A DNA stretch of 21,228 nucleotides from Candidatus Wukongarchaeum yapensis (GCA_016840425.1 JAEOSI010000013.1:1-21228), one strand, 5' to 3'. Shown: positions 1-8,127, counted from the first letter of the stretch. The notes: generated by a model from the letters alone, not told the origin. Made by a program: numbers and translations.

Positions 1-1
1 T

Positions 2-217
2 CAGCTTAACAGTATAATGTCATATCTTCTTGAAACAGGAGCGAAGGATGATCAGTTTATATCTTTGACCAAGGTCAGCGAGTTAACGGTTGAGGATAGG
101 CCGGTAAATGATTTTGAGGAACTTTTAACGCTCTTATACCTTGGGGATTTGGAAAGGTTTAACGAACGGGCAGAAAAACTTGAACAGGCGATAAAGGCAG
201 TAGAACTGACAAAGTGA
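2..217 (+). CDS. C-terminal fragment of a protein of unknown function (gene starts before the window)
   Basis: Frame is open from base 2 (QLNSIMSYLL...) to TGA 215-217. Helical, soluble-looking sequence; no family recognised. Confidence 0.6.
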   Translation, partial: QLNSIMSYLLETGAKDDQFISLTKVSELTVEDRPVNDFEELLTLLYLGDLERFNERAEKLEQAIKAVELTK

Positions 218-274
218 GGGAGGACTGGCCTAGTAAGACGATTTTACCGCTAAAGGTCAGAAGCTCCCCTTTTT
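218..274 (+). terminator. Long stem-loop followed by T5 between convergent genes
   Basis: GGGAG(218-222)/CTCCC(264-268), CTGGCC(225-230)/GGTCAG(255-260, one G-U) and GTAAGA(233-238)/TTTTAC(242-247) can pair; TTTTT follows at 270-274. Confidence 0.5.
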
Positions 275-320
275 AAATAATTTTAAAGTTTACCGATTTT
301 TTGTTTCATAGAGGAGGGAT

Positions 321-2027
321 CTACGGTTTTCTCGAGCGTACCCAAGCCTCTTCCATGGGTCTTGATAGCCATGGGATATGGCTTTCAATAGAGCTTACGA
401 TTGCTATTGTTTCTCTACCGGGGTTTATGGGGGCAAAAAGCACTTCTTCTCCGTCTCGGACAAAGCCTATTATTTCTCCTGCTCTTTGATCGAGTCTTGC
501 ATCTATTGTTCCTTTTGTCATTATTTGTTCAGGTATAAGTCCCCCGGTGGCTATTTGTATCCTGACTCTTGGGGGTGCTTGAAGTATGGCTTCTTCATCT
601 TCTGGGGATATAGCGGTTATGACTATTCTTAAGCTGGATTTTGTTCTTTTTGGGATTTCTCGGATATATTTTTTAATGTTTTCAAGACCGGTTATGGAGT
701 AGATGCCTCTAACTTCTTGGAATACGACGCCGATTTTTTCTGTTTCTGAAGCAACTTCGTTCATTTTTTCTGTAGCTTCTTTCATGTTTTTTGTTACGGT
801 TTCAGTGAAGGAGTTCATTGTTCCTACAATTTTTCCTTCAAGGCTTAGTTCACGGTCTTTTACGTTATCTGTTATAGTTTTTATGCTGGTGTCTAGGCCT
901 GATTTTACATTTTCTATGGTAGATTTATTGCTTTCTAGAGTGTCAGAGATTTTGTTTTTTGTAAGGGTTTTTACTTCTGCTATGGAGGTTCTTAAGTTTT
1001 GACGTGTTATTGATACTTCTTCGTTTATTTGGGTTTTAAGGGCTTGAGAATCGCTTTCATACTTATGTTTTGCACCCTCAAGGGAACTGATTATTTTACT
1101 TTTTAGGTTTTCGTTTAGATCGCTTATAGAACTTGAAACAGTTTCTTTCCCGGTGTTTAGGTTCTGGAGAAGCGAAGAGGATGTCGTATCAATGGATTGT
1201 TCGAATTCTTTCTTAACTACATCAAATTCTGAAGCTACGGTAGTTTTTACTTCAGAAACGACATTTGCCACCTTTTCTTTTACCTCAGCGGTGTTTTGTT
1301 CTAGGGTACTTTGGCTTGTTGAGATAGTTTCCTGTAGTTTTTGTAAACTGTTTATGGCTTCAGATAAAGCTGTAGCTAAGTTTTCTGTTGTACTTTTCAT
1401 CAAAGCGAAGGAAGATTCAAGGATTTGAGCTTCTTCTGTGTTAACATGGTCTAAACTCGTGATTACTTTAGAATCAACGCTCTCAAAAATTGAGGCTATT
1501 CGGGTTTTAAGAGGATCTATTTTTTCCGTTATAATTTTCATACTTCCATCCATTTGAGCGGAGAATTTTTCGATGCTACTTCTTGTCGTTTCTTCTACTA
1601 TTTTATCTGTTTGAGAAACAATTTCAGAAGCTTTTGACCCAAACTCTTTCAAATTAGCGTCTATAGGAGTGCTGATTTTTTCATTTAGTTGAGTTATTGA
1701 ACTTTCAGCGTTTTCTAAACTTTTATCCAAAGATGCAATCAGCTCTTCATTGAAGGCATTTAAAAGATCGCCTGCCTGGTTTATCACTAAATCCAATTTT
1801 TGAATCGCTTCGCTTTCAGCATCAGACATAAGAGGGGAAACCTCTTCTGGAAAACTTTTAATTACGCTAAGGGATTCAGATTTTAAACCGTTTAATCCTT
1901 CTAGAATTTCATTAGATGTAGCTGCAAGTTTTTCTGAAACATCGCTGCTTTTTCCAAGGATTGATTGCTGGATTGCAGTTAAATCTTTTTTTTGGGCCTG
2001 TACCATAGTAAGGGTTTCTTTTTCCAC
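321..2027 (-). CDS. Long 11-residue-repeat amphipathic helical protein with C-terminal TrmB-effector/PLD-like domain
   Basis: 568 aa; GTG start with AGGAGGT 8 nt upstream. Hydrophobic residues recur every 11 positions. The C-terminal ~130 aa (GIYSITGLENIKKYIREI...FVRDGEEVLFAP...EEAWVRS) resemble the TrmB sugar-binding/PLD-like fold and lack HxKxxxxD. Confidence 0.8.
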   Translation of the reverse strand: MEKETLTMVQAQKKDLTAIQQSILGKSSDVSEKLAATSNEILEGLNGLKSESLSVIKSFPEEVSPLMSDAESEAIQKLDLVINQAGDLLNAFNEELIASLDKSLENAESSITQLNEKISTPIDANLKEFGSKASEIVSQTDKIVEETTRSSIEKFSAQMDGSMKIITEKIDPLKTRIASIFESVDSKVITSLDHVNTEEAQILESSFALMKSTTENLATALSEAINSLQKLQETISTSQSTLEQNTAEVKEKVANVVSEVKTTVASEFDVVKKEFEQSIDTTSSSLLQNLNTGKETVSSSISDLNENLKSKIISSLEGAKHKYESDSQALKTQINEEVSITRQNLRTSIAEVKTLTKNKISDTLESNKSTIENVKSGLDTSIKTITDNVKDRELSLEGKIVGTMNSFTETVTKNMKEATEKMNEVASETEKIGVVFQEVRGIYSITGLENIKKYIREIPKRTKSSLRIVITAISPEDEEAILQAPPRVRIQIATGGLIPEQIMTKGTIDARLDQRAGEIIGFVRDGEEVLFAPINPGRETIAIVSSIESHIPWLSRPMEEAWVRSRKP

Positions 2028-2035
2028 TAAAAATA

Positions 2036-2042
2036 ACCTCCT
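2036..2042 (-). promoter_or_regulatory. Shine-Dalgarno AGGAGGT for the 568-aa gene
   Basis: Plus strand ACCTCCT, 8 nt from the GTG at 2027. Confidence 0.75.
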
Positions 2043-2081
2043 AAAAAACTTTCAATACACTTAAAATAAAATACGTTTTAA

Positions 2082-2099
2082 TTTTAAATATTCTTTTTG
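2082..2099 (-). promoter_or_regulatory. BRE-TATA promoter of the 568-aa gene
   Basis: Minus strand CAAAAAGAA-TATTTAAAA about 55 nt upstream of the start. Confidence 0.5.
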
Positions 2100-2177
2100 T
2101 CCACTCTACGGGGGCTGATTTAGCGTCTATTAGACCTTTGAGTAAAAGAAGACTTTAATTCTTGTATTATTAGTTAT

Positions 2178-2597
2178 TTAGCGGATTATTTCAGCGTCTT
2201 TGAGGATTTTATCGTGATCGAAAGCCAGATTCAAGTTTTTCAGATCAGATATTTTAAAAGCTTTAACTAACTCAGCATCAGTTTTTGCTTCAAGATTCTT
2301 AGTAAGGGCTCTGCATTTGAAAACGATCGTCACAACATGACCTCGAGGATCACGACTGGGATCGGAATAAACACCGACTAAACTAATAATTTCTACTTTT
2401 AATCCGGTTTCTTCGAAAATTTCCCTTTTCACTGCTTCCTCCACAGTTTCCCCGTACTCGACAAAACCACCAGGTAAAGCCCAAAAACCTTTAAAAGGGG
2501 GGTATTTACGCCTTACTAAAACTACTTCATCGTCCTCAATAAAAACGATACCATCAACAGTACAACGAGGAAAACTTCTTTCACTCTCAAAAGACAT
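2178..2597 (-). CDS. Nudix hydrolase (ADP-ribose pyrophosphatase-like)
   Basis: Complete Nudix box GGFVEYGETVEEAVKREIFEETG, plus GVYSDPSRDPRGH and LAFDH motifs. Start placed at MSFESE (2597); the ORF track extends to 2645. Confidence 0.93.
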   Translation of the reverse strand: MSFESERSFPRCTVDGIVFIEDDEVVLVRRKYPPFKGFWALPGGFVEYGETVEEAVKREIFEETGLKVEIISLVGVYSDPSRDPRGHVVTIVFKCRALTKNLEAKTDAELVKAFKISDLKNLNLAFDHDKILKDAEIIR

Positions 2598-2669
2598 AAA
2601 AAACCCCAAAGATAATAGATGAATAGAAAAAAATATGACAAACATGGCTATTTAAGCGGTTTTTATCTG

Positions 2670-3203
2670 TTATGTTTTTGCCGATTTTCCTTCGACTTTC
2701 AAAGTGTTGCCTTTTACCTTGAAAACATAATCACTGGCGTTTTGCAAAGCTATCGAGAAACCAGGCTCAAAACCGATTGAACATGTTTCTAACCCGTTTT
2801 CTTTAGCTTTACGAAGAATTGGTGTGCATCGGGCATGTCTACTTGCAATCACTATTGTTTTTACGTTCTTACTGTGCATTCCTTTCATAGCCTCTAGTGC
2901 CATATGAACATGAATATCGGTAGGGACAACTACAGGTTCAAACCCTGTGTTTACAATGGCCTGTAAAAGTTTTTCAGGCGCTTTTTTATCCAAAAAAACT
3001 TTAGCGTATCGAGACTTGCCAAGCTGAGACGATATTTCTAATATATCCTCTAAACGCATGTGCTCACCGTCTACTCTCCGTAGGATATTGGGACCATCTA
3101 CCAGAATGATCACGGTTCCGCTACGGGATCTACGTAAAAAACTCGGGATGCGAAGTCTAGTACGTTTATCTTCCCTCTTTTCTTTTTCTGATTTCTTTGG
3201 CAT
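2670..3203 (-). CDS. NYN-domain (LabA/DUF88, TIGR00288-like) protein, apparently catalytically degenerate
   Basis: ILVDGPN, GFEPVVV, KAKENG and GFEPGFSIALQNASDY motifs. Start placed at MPKK (3203; alternative 3209). Confidence 0.85.
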   Translation of the reverse strand: MPKKSEKEKREDKRTRLRIPSFLRRSRSGTVIILVDGPNILRRVDGEHMRLEDILEISSQLGKSRYAKVFLDKKAPEKLLQAIVNTGFEPVVVPTDIHVHMALEAMKGMHSKNVKTIVIASRHARCTPILRKAKENGLETCSIGFEPGFSIALQNASDYVFKVKGNTLKVEGKSAKT

Positions 3204-3307
3204 AAACATCAACCCAATGATGAAATAGATACGATCAAGTAGAAAATTAACCAATTTTCTATTAGTTATACTTTTGTTTTTAAATAGTTTTTTACTATTT
3301 CGATTTC

Positions 3308-5344
3308 TTAGATGGTTGATGTGTATCTGCCATCTTTGTTCTGGTTGAGGAGTTTAAGGTCTAGTAATTCTTTTATGTATCTTTGGACGAGGGGCAGGGG
3401 TACTCCCATGGCTCGTTTAATGTCTTCTTTACTTAGCCCTCGGTCGCCTACATCCTGGCAGGCGAAAAGTATTTTGAATTTTGGTTCTTCTTTTATCATG
3501 CTTTTTACAGCGTTTAAGGCTTGTTTTTGAGTCTCTAATTTCACGTTAAGTTCCGTAGAGCGGCCTTCCATTTCTTGTTTTTCTTTTGAAATTACTTTTA
3601 GTTTTTCATCTTTCTCTTCAATATTATGTTTAAGTTTCCCTACCTCAACCCCCATCTCTTGCAACTCATCTTCACGAAGTTTTAACTGTTCTCTAAGTAG
3701 TTCAATTTCACCTGATGAGGATTTAAGATTTCCTATCTCTGATTCTAAGCTTATGCGTTCTTTCTTAATTTGGGTAATCTCTGTTTCCCGTTCTCTTAGA
3801 AGCTTTTGGAGATTTTTAGCTTCGTTTTCAAGCTCTTGAACCATGGATTCTAAGCTCTCTTTATCTTCTATCGCCTTGCTGACTTCTTCTGCCTGTTTTT
3901 CAGTCGCTTTTAATTTTGTCTCAAGGTCTTTAACTTTTTCTTCTATCGTTTTCCGTTCTTCTTTAACCTTTGTTATTTCCCCATCTTTTTCAGATAAAAG
4001 TTGTTGGAAACTTTTAACTTCCTTGCCAAGATTTTCTACTTTTTCATTTAATTCGCTTTCTCTAACTTTAATTTTAGCTAATTCTGAGTCTTTTTCCTCT
4101 ACTAATTTGTTAATTTTTTCGATTTCAGGCTGCACATTGTTTAGGCTGGATTGAAGCTCTTCTTTCTCAGATTTAAGGCTTAGATTCTCCTCATCCAACG
4201 CCTTCAACCTGCTATCCATTCCTTCTTTCTCTTCTTTGAGCTTGTTGATCAAAGATTCTTTCTCTTCTATGTTGGGTTGTAAAGTGCTTAATTGTGATTT
4301 TAAGTTTTCTTTTTCGGAATCAGATGTTGTGACAGTTTCTTTTAATTCGTTAACTTTGTTTTCTAACTCTTCTTTTGCGCTTTGCAGTTTTTCAAAACGA
4401 TTTTCAAGCCTTTTCTTTTCTGCTTCTAATTCTTTAATTGTTGAAACTTTTTTACCTAGTTCTAAGTCTAAGTTGATGGTTTTGCTTTCATAATCCGTTA
4501 TTTGTCTGTCCTTTTCTAAGATTTTTTGCTCCTTTGCTTCTAACTCGGCTTGGAGGGACTGTATTACTTTCTTTTGATCCCCAGCCATCACTTTCCCTTC
4601 AAAACTCTTTAATTGAGACTCTAAACCACTAATTTGAACGTTCTTCTCCTCAATTTCAGCTTTTAAATGTTCAATTTCCTCATCTTTTTGAGCAATACAT
4701 GCTTGTTGTTCCTCAATTTCTAGTCGATTTTCGCTCATCATACCTCCAAGAGATTCAAGTTGACTGCTTATATTCTGCAAATCGTTTTGAAGTTTTTCAA
4801 TTTCCCTTCTCTGTGAGTCAACCGTTTCTTGTTTCTCGTTAGCCCCCTCGATGAGTTCTTCTAACCTTGATTGCATACTAGAATTCTTTTCTTCAAGGGT
4901 CTTTATAGTTTCATCTTTCTCATGAAGAGTTTTCTCAAAATCTTCAGGAACTGTAGGCTCTGCGGATTCTAAAGCTTCTATCTTCGCTCTCAATTTTTGA
5001 ATCTCATCGACATAATCTGCAACCTCAGCAGATCCTAAAAGTTTCAAAGAATTTTCAATACTTCGCCTTATCCTCCCAGAAGCAGTCACCCCCATGTTTT
5101 GAGTGAAACTACTAAGCTCCTCTAATAAAAGACTTTTAACAGCATCAAAAGCGGTGTTTACATCAATTGTAGAGTATGAAGACTTAGCGCTAGAAATTAA
5201 AGACCTACGTACCTCCTCAATTTTAACCGCTAAATTTTGTTCTTCAGTATCTCTTATCTCATTTATATTGTTTAGAAAATCAAGGATGGCTTTTTTCACA
5301 GTACTTGTAACAACGCCGTCATCTGCCAACTTAAAACGCCTCAT
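3308..5344 (-). CDS. Long coiled-coil protein with C-terminal winged-helix domain; no ATPase head
   Basis: 678 aa; E/K/L-rich heptads over about residues 110-618. The C-terminal EPKFKILFACQ...GLSKEDIKRAMGVPLPLVQRYIKELLDLKLL..KDGRY has a wHTH pattern. No Walker A/B. Alternative TTG start at 5329 lies behind GAGGCG. Confidence 0.85.
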   Translation of the reverse strand: MRRFKLADDGVVTSTVKKAILDFLNNINEIRDTEEQNLAVKIEEVRRSLISSAKSSYSTIDVNTAFDAVKSLLLEELSSFTQNMGVTASGRIRRSIENSLKLLGSAEVADYVDEIQKLRAKIEALESAEPTVPEDFEKTLHEKDETIKTLEEKNSSMQSRLEELIEGANEKQETVDSQRREIEKLQNDLQNISSQLESLGGMMSENRLEIEEQQACIAQKDEEIEHLKAEIEEKNVQISGLESQLKSFEGKVMAGDQKKVIQSLQAELEAKEQKILEKDRQITDYESKTINLDLELGKKVSTIKELEAEKKRLENRFEKLQSAKEELENKVNELKETVTTSDSEKENLKSQLSTLQPNIEEKESLINKLKEEKEGMDSRLKALDEENLSLKSEKEELQSSLNNVQPEIEKINKLVEEKDSELAKIKVRESELNEKVENLGKEVKSFQQLLSEKDGEITKVKEERKTIEEKVKDLETKLKATEKQAEEVSKAIEDKESLESMVQELENEAKNLQKLLRERETEITQIKKERISLESEIGNLKSSSGEIELLREQLKLREDELQEMGVEVGKLKHNIEEKDEKLKVISKEKQEMEGRSTELNVKLETQKQALNAVKSMIKEEPKFKILFACQDVGDRGLSKEDIKRAMGVPLPLVQRYIKELLDLKLLNQNKDGRYTSTI

Positions 5345-5446
5345 AATAACTTGTTCTAATGAATCTTCTAAATAATAAAATAAGTGAACCGCACAATTCT
5401 ATTATCCTAATAAATTTATATCCTCAAAGATCTATAAGTTTGATGC

Positions 5447-6151
5447 CTAAGAAGGAAGGAATATTTCAAAAAAGAATAGTTCATCAAGATGCTTATCTAA
5501 ATTATTAATGAAAGAGTTGAAAGAAAAAGCAGGAACAACAGCCACACTAACCTCCTCATTGATCAAGCTATGAAACCAAGAGACAATTAAGGGTACAAGA
5601 CATAATTTTTGATTCGAGGATATGGGTATTTTATCCTCGTGATTTTTTATCGAAGAAATGAATGCTTCTCCGCGAATAAACTGTTTTTCAGCAGCTTTTC
5701 TCAAGGCGGATATTTTTCCTCCCCCTAGATTATAATGTTTACAATCAATTAAGAGAACCAAATTAAAGCGTACGCCTACAACATCGATCTCATACCTACG
5801 CTTATTAAAAGTAAAACGATACCTCATCTGTGTGAGAAAATCGTTTTCTTCAAGGATATTAGCTGTAAAAAATTCAAACTCCTGCCAGGACAAATATTTA
5901 ACCGTCTCTTCAAGACTTGCACCAAGTTTTACTAAAGCAATAGCTAATCCAACCCTATCACTAATGGAAAGCATCCCCTCCTTCAAATCAATTTTAACAC
6001 CCATACTTTGAAGAATCTCGACAAACTCTTCAAGGCTTAATAAATTGGGTATTACCCTGTCAAAAATTTCCTTTATCTCCTTTTCTGGAAGATGACTTAG
6101 AGGTCGATATTTAGTAGATTCTTTATCAAAAGAAATTTTTAGAAGCTCCAT
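5447..6151 (-). CDS. PD-(D/E)xK restriction-endonuclease-like (Mrr-cat-like) protein
   Basis: LSWQEFE...EIDVVG...LIDCKH catalytic pattern. Start placed at MELLK (6151, AGGAAGGGT upstream); the ORF track extends to 6223. Confidence 0.8.
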   Translation of the reverse strand: MELLKISFDKESTKYRPLSHLPEKEIKEIFDRVIPNLLSLEEFVEILQSMGVKIDLKEGMLSISDRVGLAIALVKLGASLEETVKYLSWQEFEFFTANILEENDFLTQMRYRFTFNKRRYEIDVVGVRFNLVLLIDCKHYNLGGGKISALRKAAEKQFIRGEAFISSIKNHEDKIPISSNQKLCLVPLIVSWFHSLINEEVSVAVVPAFSFNSFINNLDKHLDELFFFEIFLPS

Positions 6152-6279
6152 ACCCTTCCTTCTAACATCTAAACGAATTTTATCATCTGATGGCAACAAT
6201 AATCTCGCCCAAAAAAGACACAAATGAACGATAAAATAAAAACTTCTAGTAGAATTTAACGTTTTTCTTTCTTATGCTT

Positions 6280-7011
6280 TTAAAGGAAATAGTCGGGGTC
6301 ACCGATAACTTTTACAACCTCTTCTTTTTTGAAAGCTTCTTTTGAGTCTCCTTGATATATTATGGAGCCGTTGTTTAGCACGATGCATTCTTGAGCCCAT
6401 TTTTTCGCGAAAAAGATATGGTGGGTAGCCATAAGCACGGTGACTCCTTTTCTATTTAATTCTGATATCTTTTCGAGGAAAGTTTTAGCCGTGGGAATAT
6501 CAAGGTCTGAAGTAGGTTCATCCAAGAGAAGTATTTCGGGCTCCATGGCAAGGAGACCTGCGATAGCTACCCTCTTCTTTTGCCCTTCACTTAAATGAAA
6601 AGGAGAGTTTTTACCGTAATTTTCCATCAATACCTCTTTTAAGGCTGCCTCTACTGCCTCTCTTACCTCTTCTTCGTTTAAGCCGAGGTTTCTTGGACCG
6701 AAGGCAACATCTTCCCAAACAGTTGTGGCAAAAATTTGATCGTCAGGGTTTTGGAAAAGATAACCAACCTTTTGCCTGATTTTTTTTAAGTTTTCTTTTT
6801 TAGTTACATCTATTCCAAGCACGCTAACTTTTCCACTTAAAGGTTTTATTAGGCCTACTGCCAGTTTGAAAAGAGTTGTTTTCCCAGCCCCGTTTGGACC
6901 CATTATAGCCAATTTTTCCCCTTGTTCCACTGAAAATGCCACTTTTTTAAGCACGTATTCATCCTTATGGTAAGCAAAATCTACGCCATCATAAGTTATC
7001 ACGTTTCTCAT
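6280..7011 (-). CDS. cbiO: ECF transporter ATPase
   Basis: GPNGAGKTT, FQNPDDQIF, LSEGQKKR and LLLDEPT; start overlaps the cbiQ stop (ATGA). Confidence 0.92.
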   Translation of the reverse strand: MRNVITYDGVDFAYHKDEYVLKKVAFSVEQGEKLAIMGPNGAGKTTLFKLAVGLIKPLSGKVSVLGIDVTKKENLKKIRQKVGYLFQNPDDQIFATTVWEDVAFGPRNLGLNEEEVREAVEAALKEVLMENYGKNSPFHLSEGQKKRVAIAGLLAMEPEILLLDEPTSDLDIPTAKTFLEKISELNRKGVTVLMATHHIFFAKKWAQECIVLNNGSIIYQGDSKEAFKKEEVVKVIGDPDYFL

Positions 7012-7802
7012 AGATGCCCCTCAAAAAAGCTCAAAATAAAAGAAAAGTTTTCCCAAAAGACGATTAAAAAACTGGAAATAATTATTAGGAAGATCAATAT
7101 AAAATCTACCTTTTTTGTTTTTACTCTTGTTGTGGGTATATCGTTTGTGAAGCCGCGGAGAACCATTGACTCATAAACTCTTTGACTTCTCCTAGCCGAT
7201 CTTACAAAAATCATCCCGATAAGGGAAACTGCAGCTTTAAACTTATCCCTGTACCTTGCAAAACTTAATCCCCTTAGTTTTTGAGAATCCCTTACCTTAT
7301 TAGTCTCTGAGATTATTAGGGGGATATATCTCAAAGTTATCATGATGGTTGAAGTTAAAACTTTAGGCATACGGATTGCCTTTAATCCATCGATAAAATC
7401 TTGGAGAGTCATTGAAGAAAAAACTAGAAGGACAAAGATTACAGCACTCATACCCCTTGAAAGGAAAAGGATTCCATACTTTAACCCTTCTTCGTAAATG
7501 TGCAAAGTTAAAAAGTAAAGGTTTATCTCGTAAATTATTTCGCCACCTCTCGTTAATAAATTTAAAAGGGCGATAGGTAAAAGAAAGGGAAGTGCTACCA
7601 AAGAGTGTTTAAAAGCATGGCTTACTTCTCCCCCGAAAATTAACCCTATAAAGACGCCTAAAAAAAATAAAGAAAAAAGGATGTCGAGTTTTTCAACCGC
7701 TATAATAAAAATAAGGAGGCAAAGCATGGAAACAAGCTTGCCTTGAGGACTGAAATTGTTCTTGATCTCATCCGTATTTCCGACTTCTAGCTTGAATGGC
7801 AT
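7008..7802 (-). CDS. cbiQ: ECF transporter transmembrane T component
   Basis: Multi-TM protein with LRYIPLI, SQKLRG and VYESMVLRGF motifs. Start placed at MPFKL (7802), since the longer ORF overlaps the PDGLE gene. Confidence 0.9.
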   Translation of the reverse strand: MPFKLEVGNTDEIKNNFSPQGKLVSMLCLLIFIIAVEKLDILFSLFFLGVFIGLIFGGEVSHAFKHSLVALPFLLPIALLNLLTRGGEIIYEINLYFLTLHIYEEGLKYGILFLSRGMSAVIFVLLVFSSMTLQDFIDGLKAIRMPKVLTSTIMITLRYIPLIISETNKVRDSQKLRGLSFARYRDKFKAAVSLIGMIFVRSARRSQRVYESMVLRGFTNDIPTTRVKTKKVDFILIFLIIISSFLIVFWENFSFILSFFEGHL

Positions 7803-7840
7803 GGTAAAATAATGGCCTTTCACTGAGAAGCACCGACGCC

Positions 7841-8125
7841 TTAAGCTTTTTTCTTTGGAGTTACATAGAAGATGTAGGCTACAACAAAACAGAGTATCAT
7901 TCCGAGTAGGACGCCTGCAAAGTCTGATAGGAAGGAACCTCCAAAGTGAAAGGGCGCGTTCCAAACCTCTTCTGGTTCTGGCACTCCTTCTTCTTCCAGC
8001 GTCTTCTCTAATCCGTCAGGGTCTCCTGAAGCAAAGGGTATGTATATAGCAGTCATTATTAAAACCGCTACAAAGGCTAACATAGCCCATTTTGGTATTT
8101 CAATTTTACCTATTTTCAATACCAA
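7841..8125 (-). CDS. PDGLE-domain (NikN-type) accessory subunit
   Basis: ASGDPDGLE motif between two TM helices; TTG start 2 nt after the cbiM stop. Confidence 0.88.
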   Translation of the reverse strand: MVLKIGKIEIPKWAMLAFVAVLIMTAIYIPFASGDPDGLEKTLEEEGVPEPEEVWNAPFHFGGSFLSDFAGVLLGMILCFVVAYIFYVTPKKKA

Positions 8126-8127
8126 GG

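Noticed and set aside
215-268. UGA followed by a hairpin as a selenocysteine recoding signal
   Set aside because: Readthrough gives only 11 basic codons before TAA, there is no redox motif, and the hairpin does not match the archaeal GAA/A or eukaryote-like AUGA/GA SECIS cores as I recall them.
218-268. tRNA-like sequence (TGGCCTAGT resembles a D arm)
   Set aside because: No T-loop GTTC motif and no cloverleaf.
301-1428. Plus-strand ORFs of 62-99 aa opposite the 568-aa gene
   Set aside because: Antisense shadows with S/F-rich composition typical of reversed E/K codons.
3312-5375. Plus-strand ORFs opposite the 678-aa gene
   Set aside because: Antisense shadows of a coiled-coil gene.
2670-6151. 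Lamassu/Wadjet-like defence system (SMC-like protein plus nucleases)
   Set aside because: The coiled-coil protein has no ABC-ATPase head, there is no kleisin partner, and the NYN appears inactive.
7803-7964. N-terminal extension of cbiQ in the ORF track
   Set aside because: It overlaps the well-supported PDGLE gene and does not resemble CbiQ.
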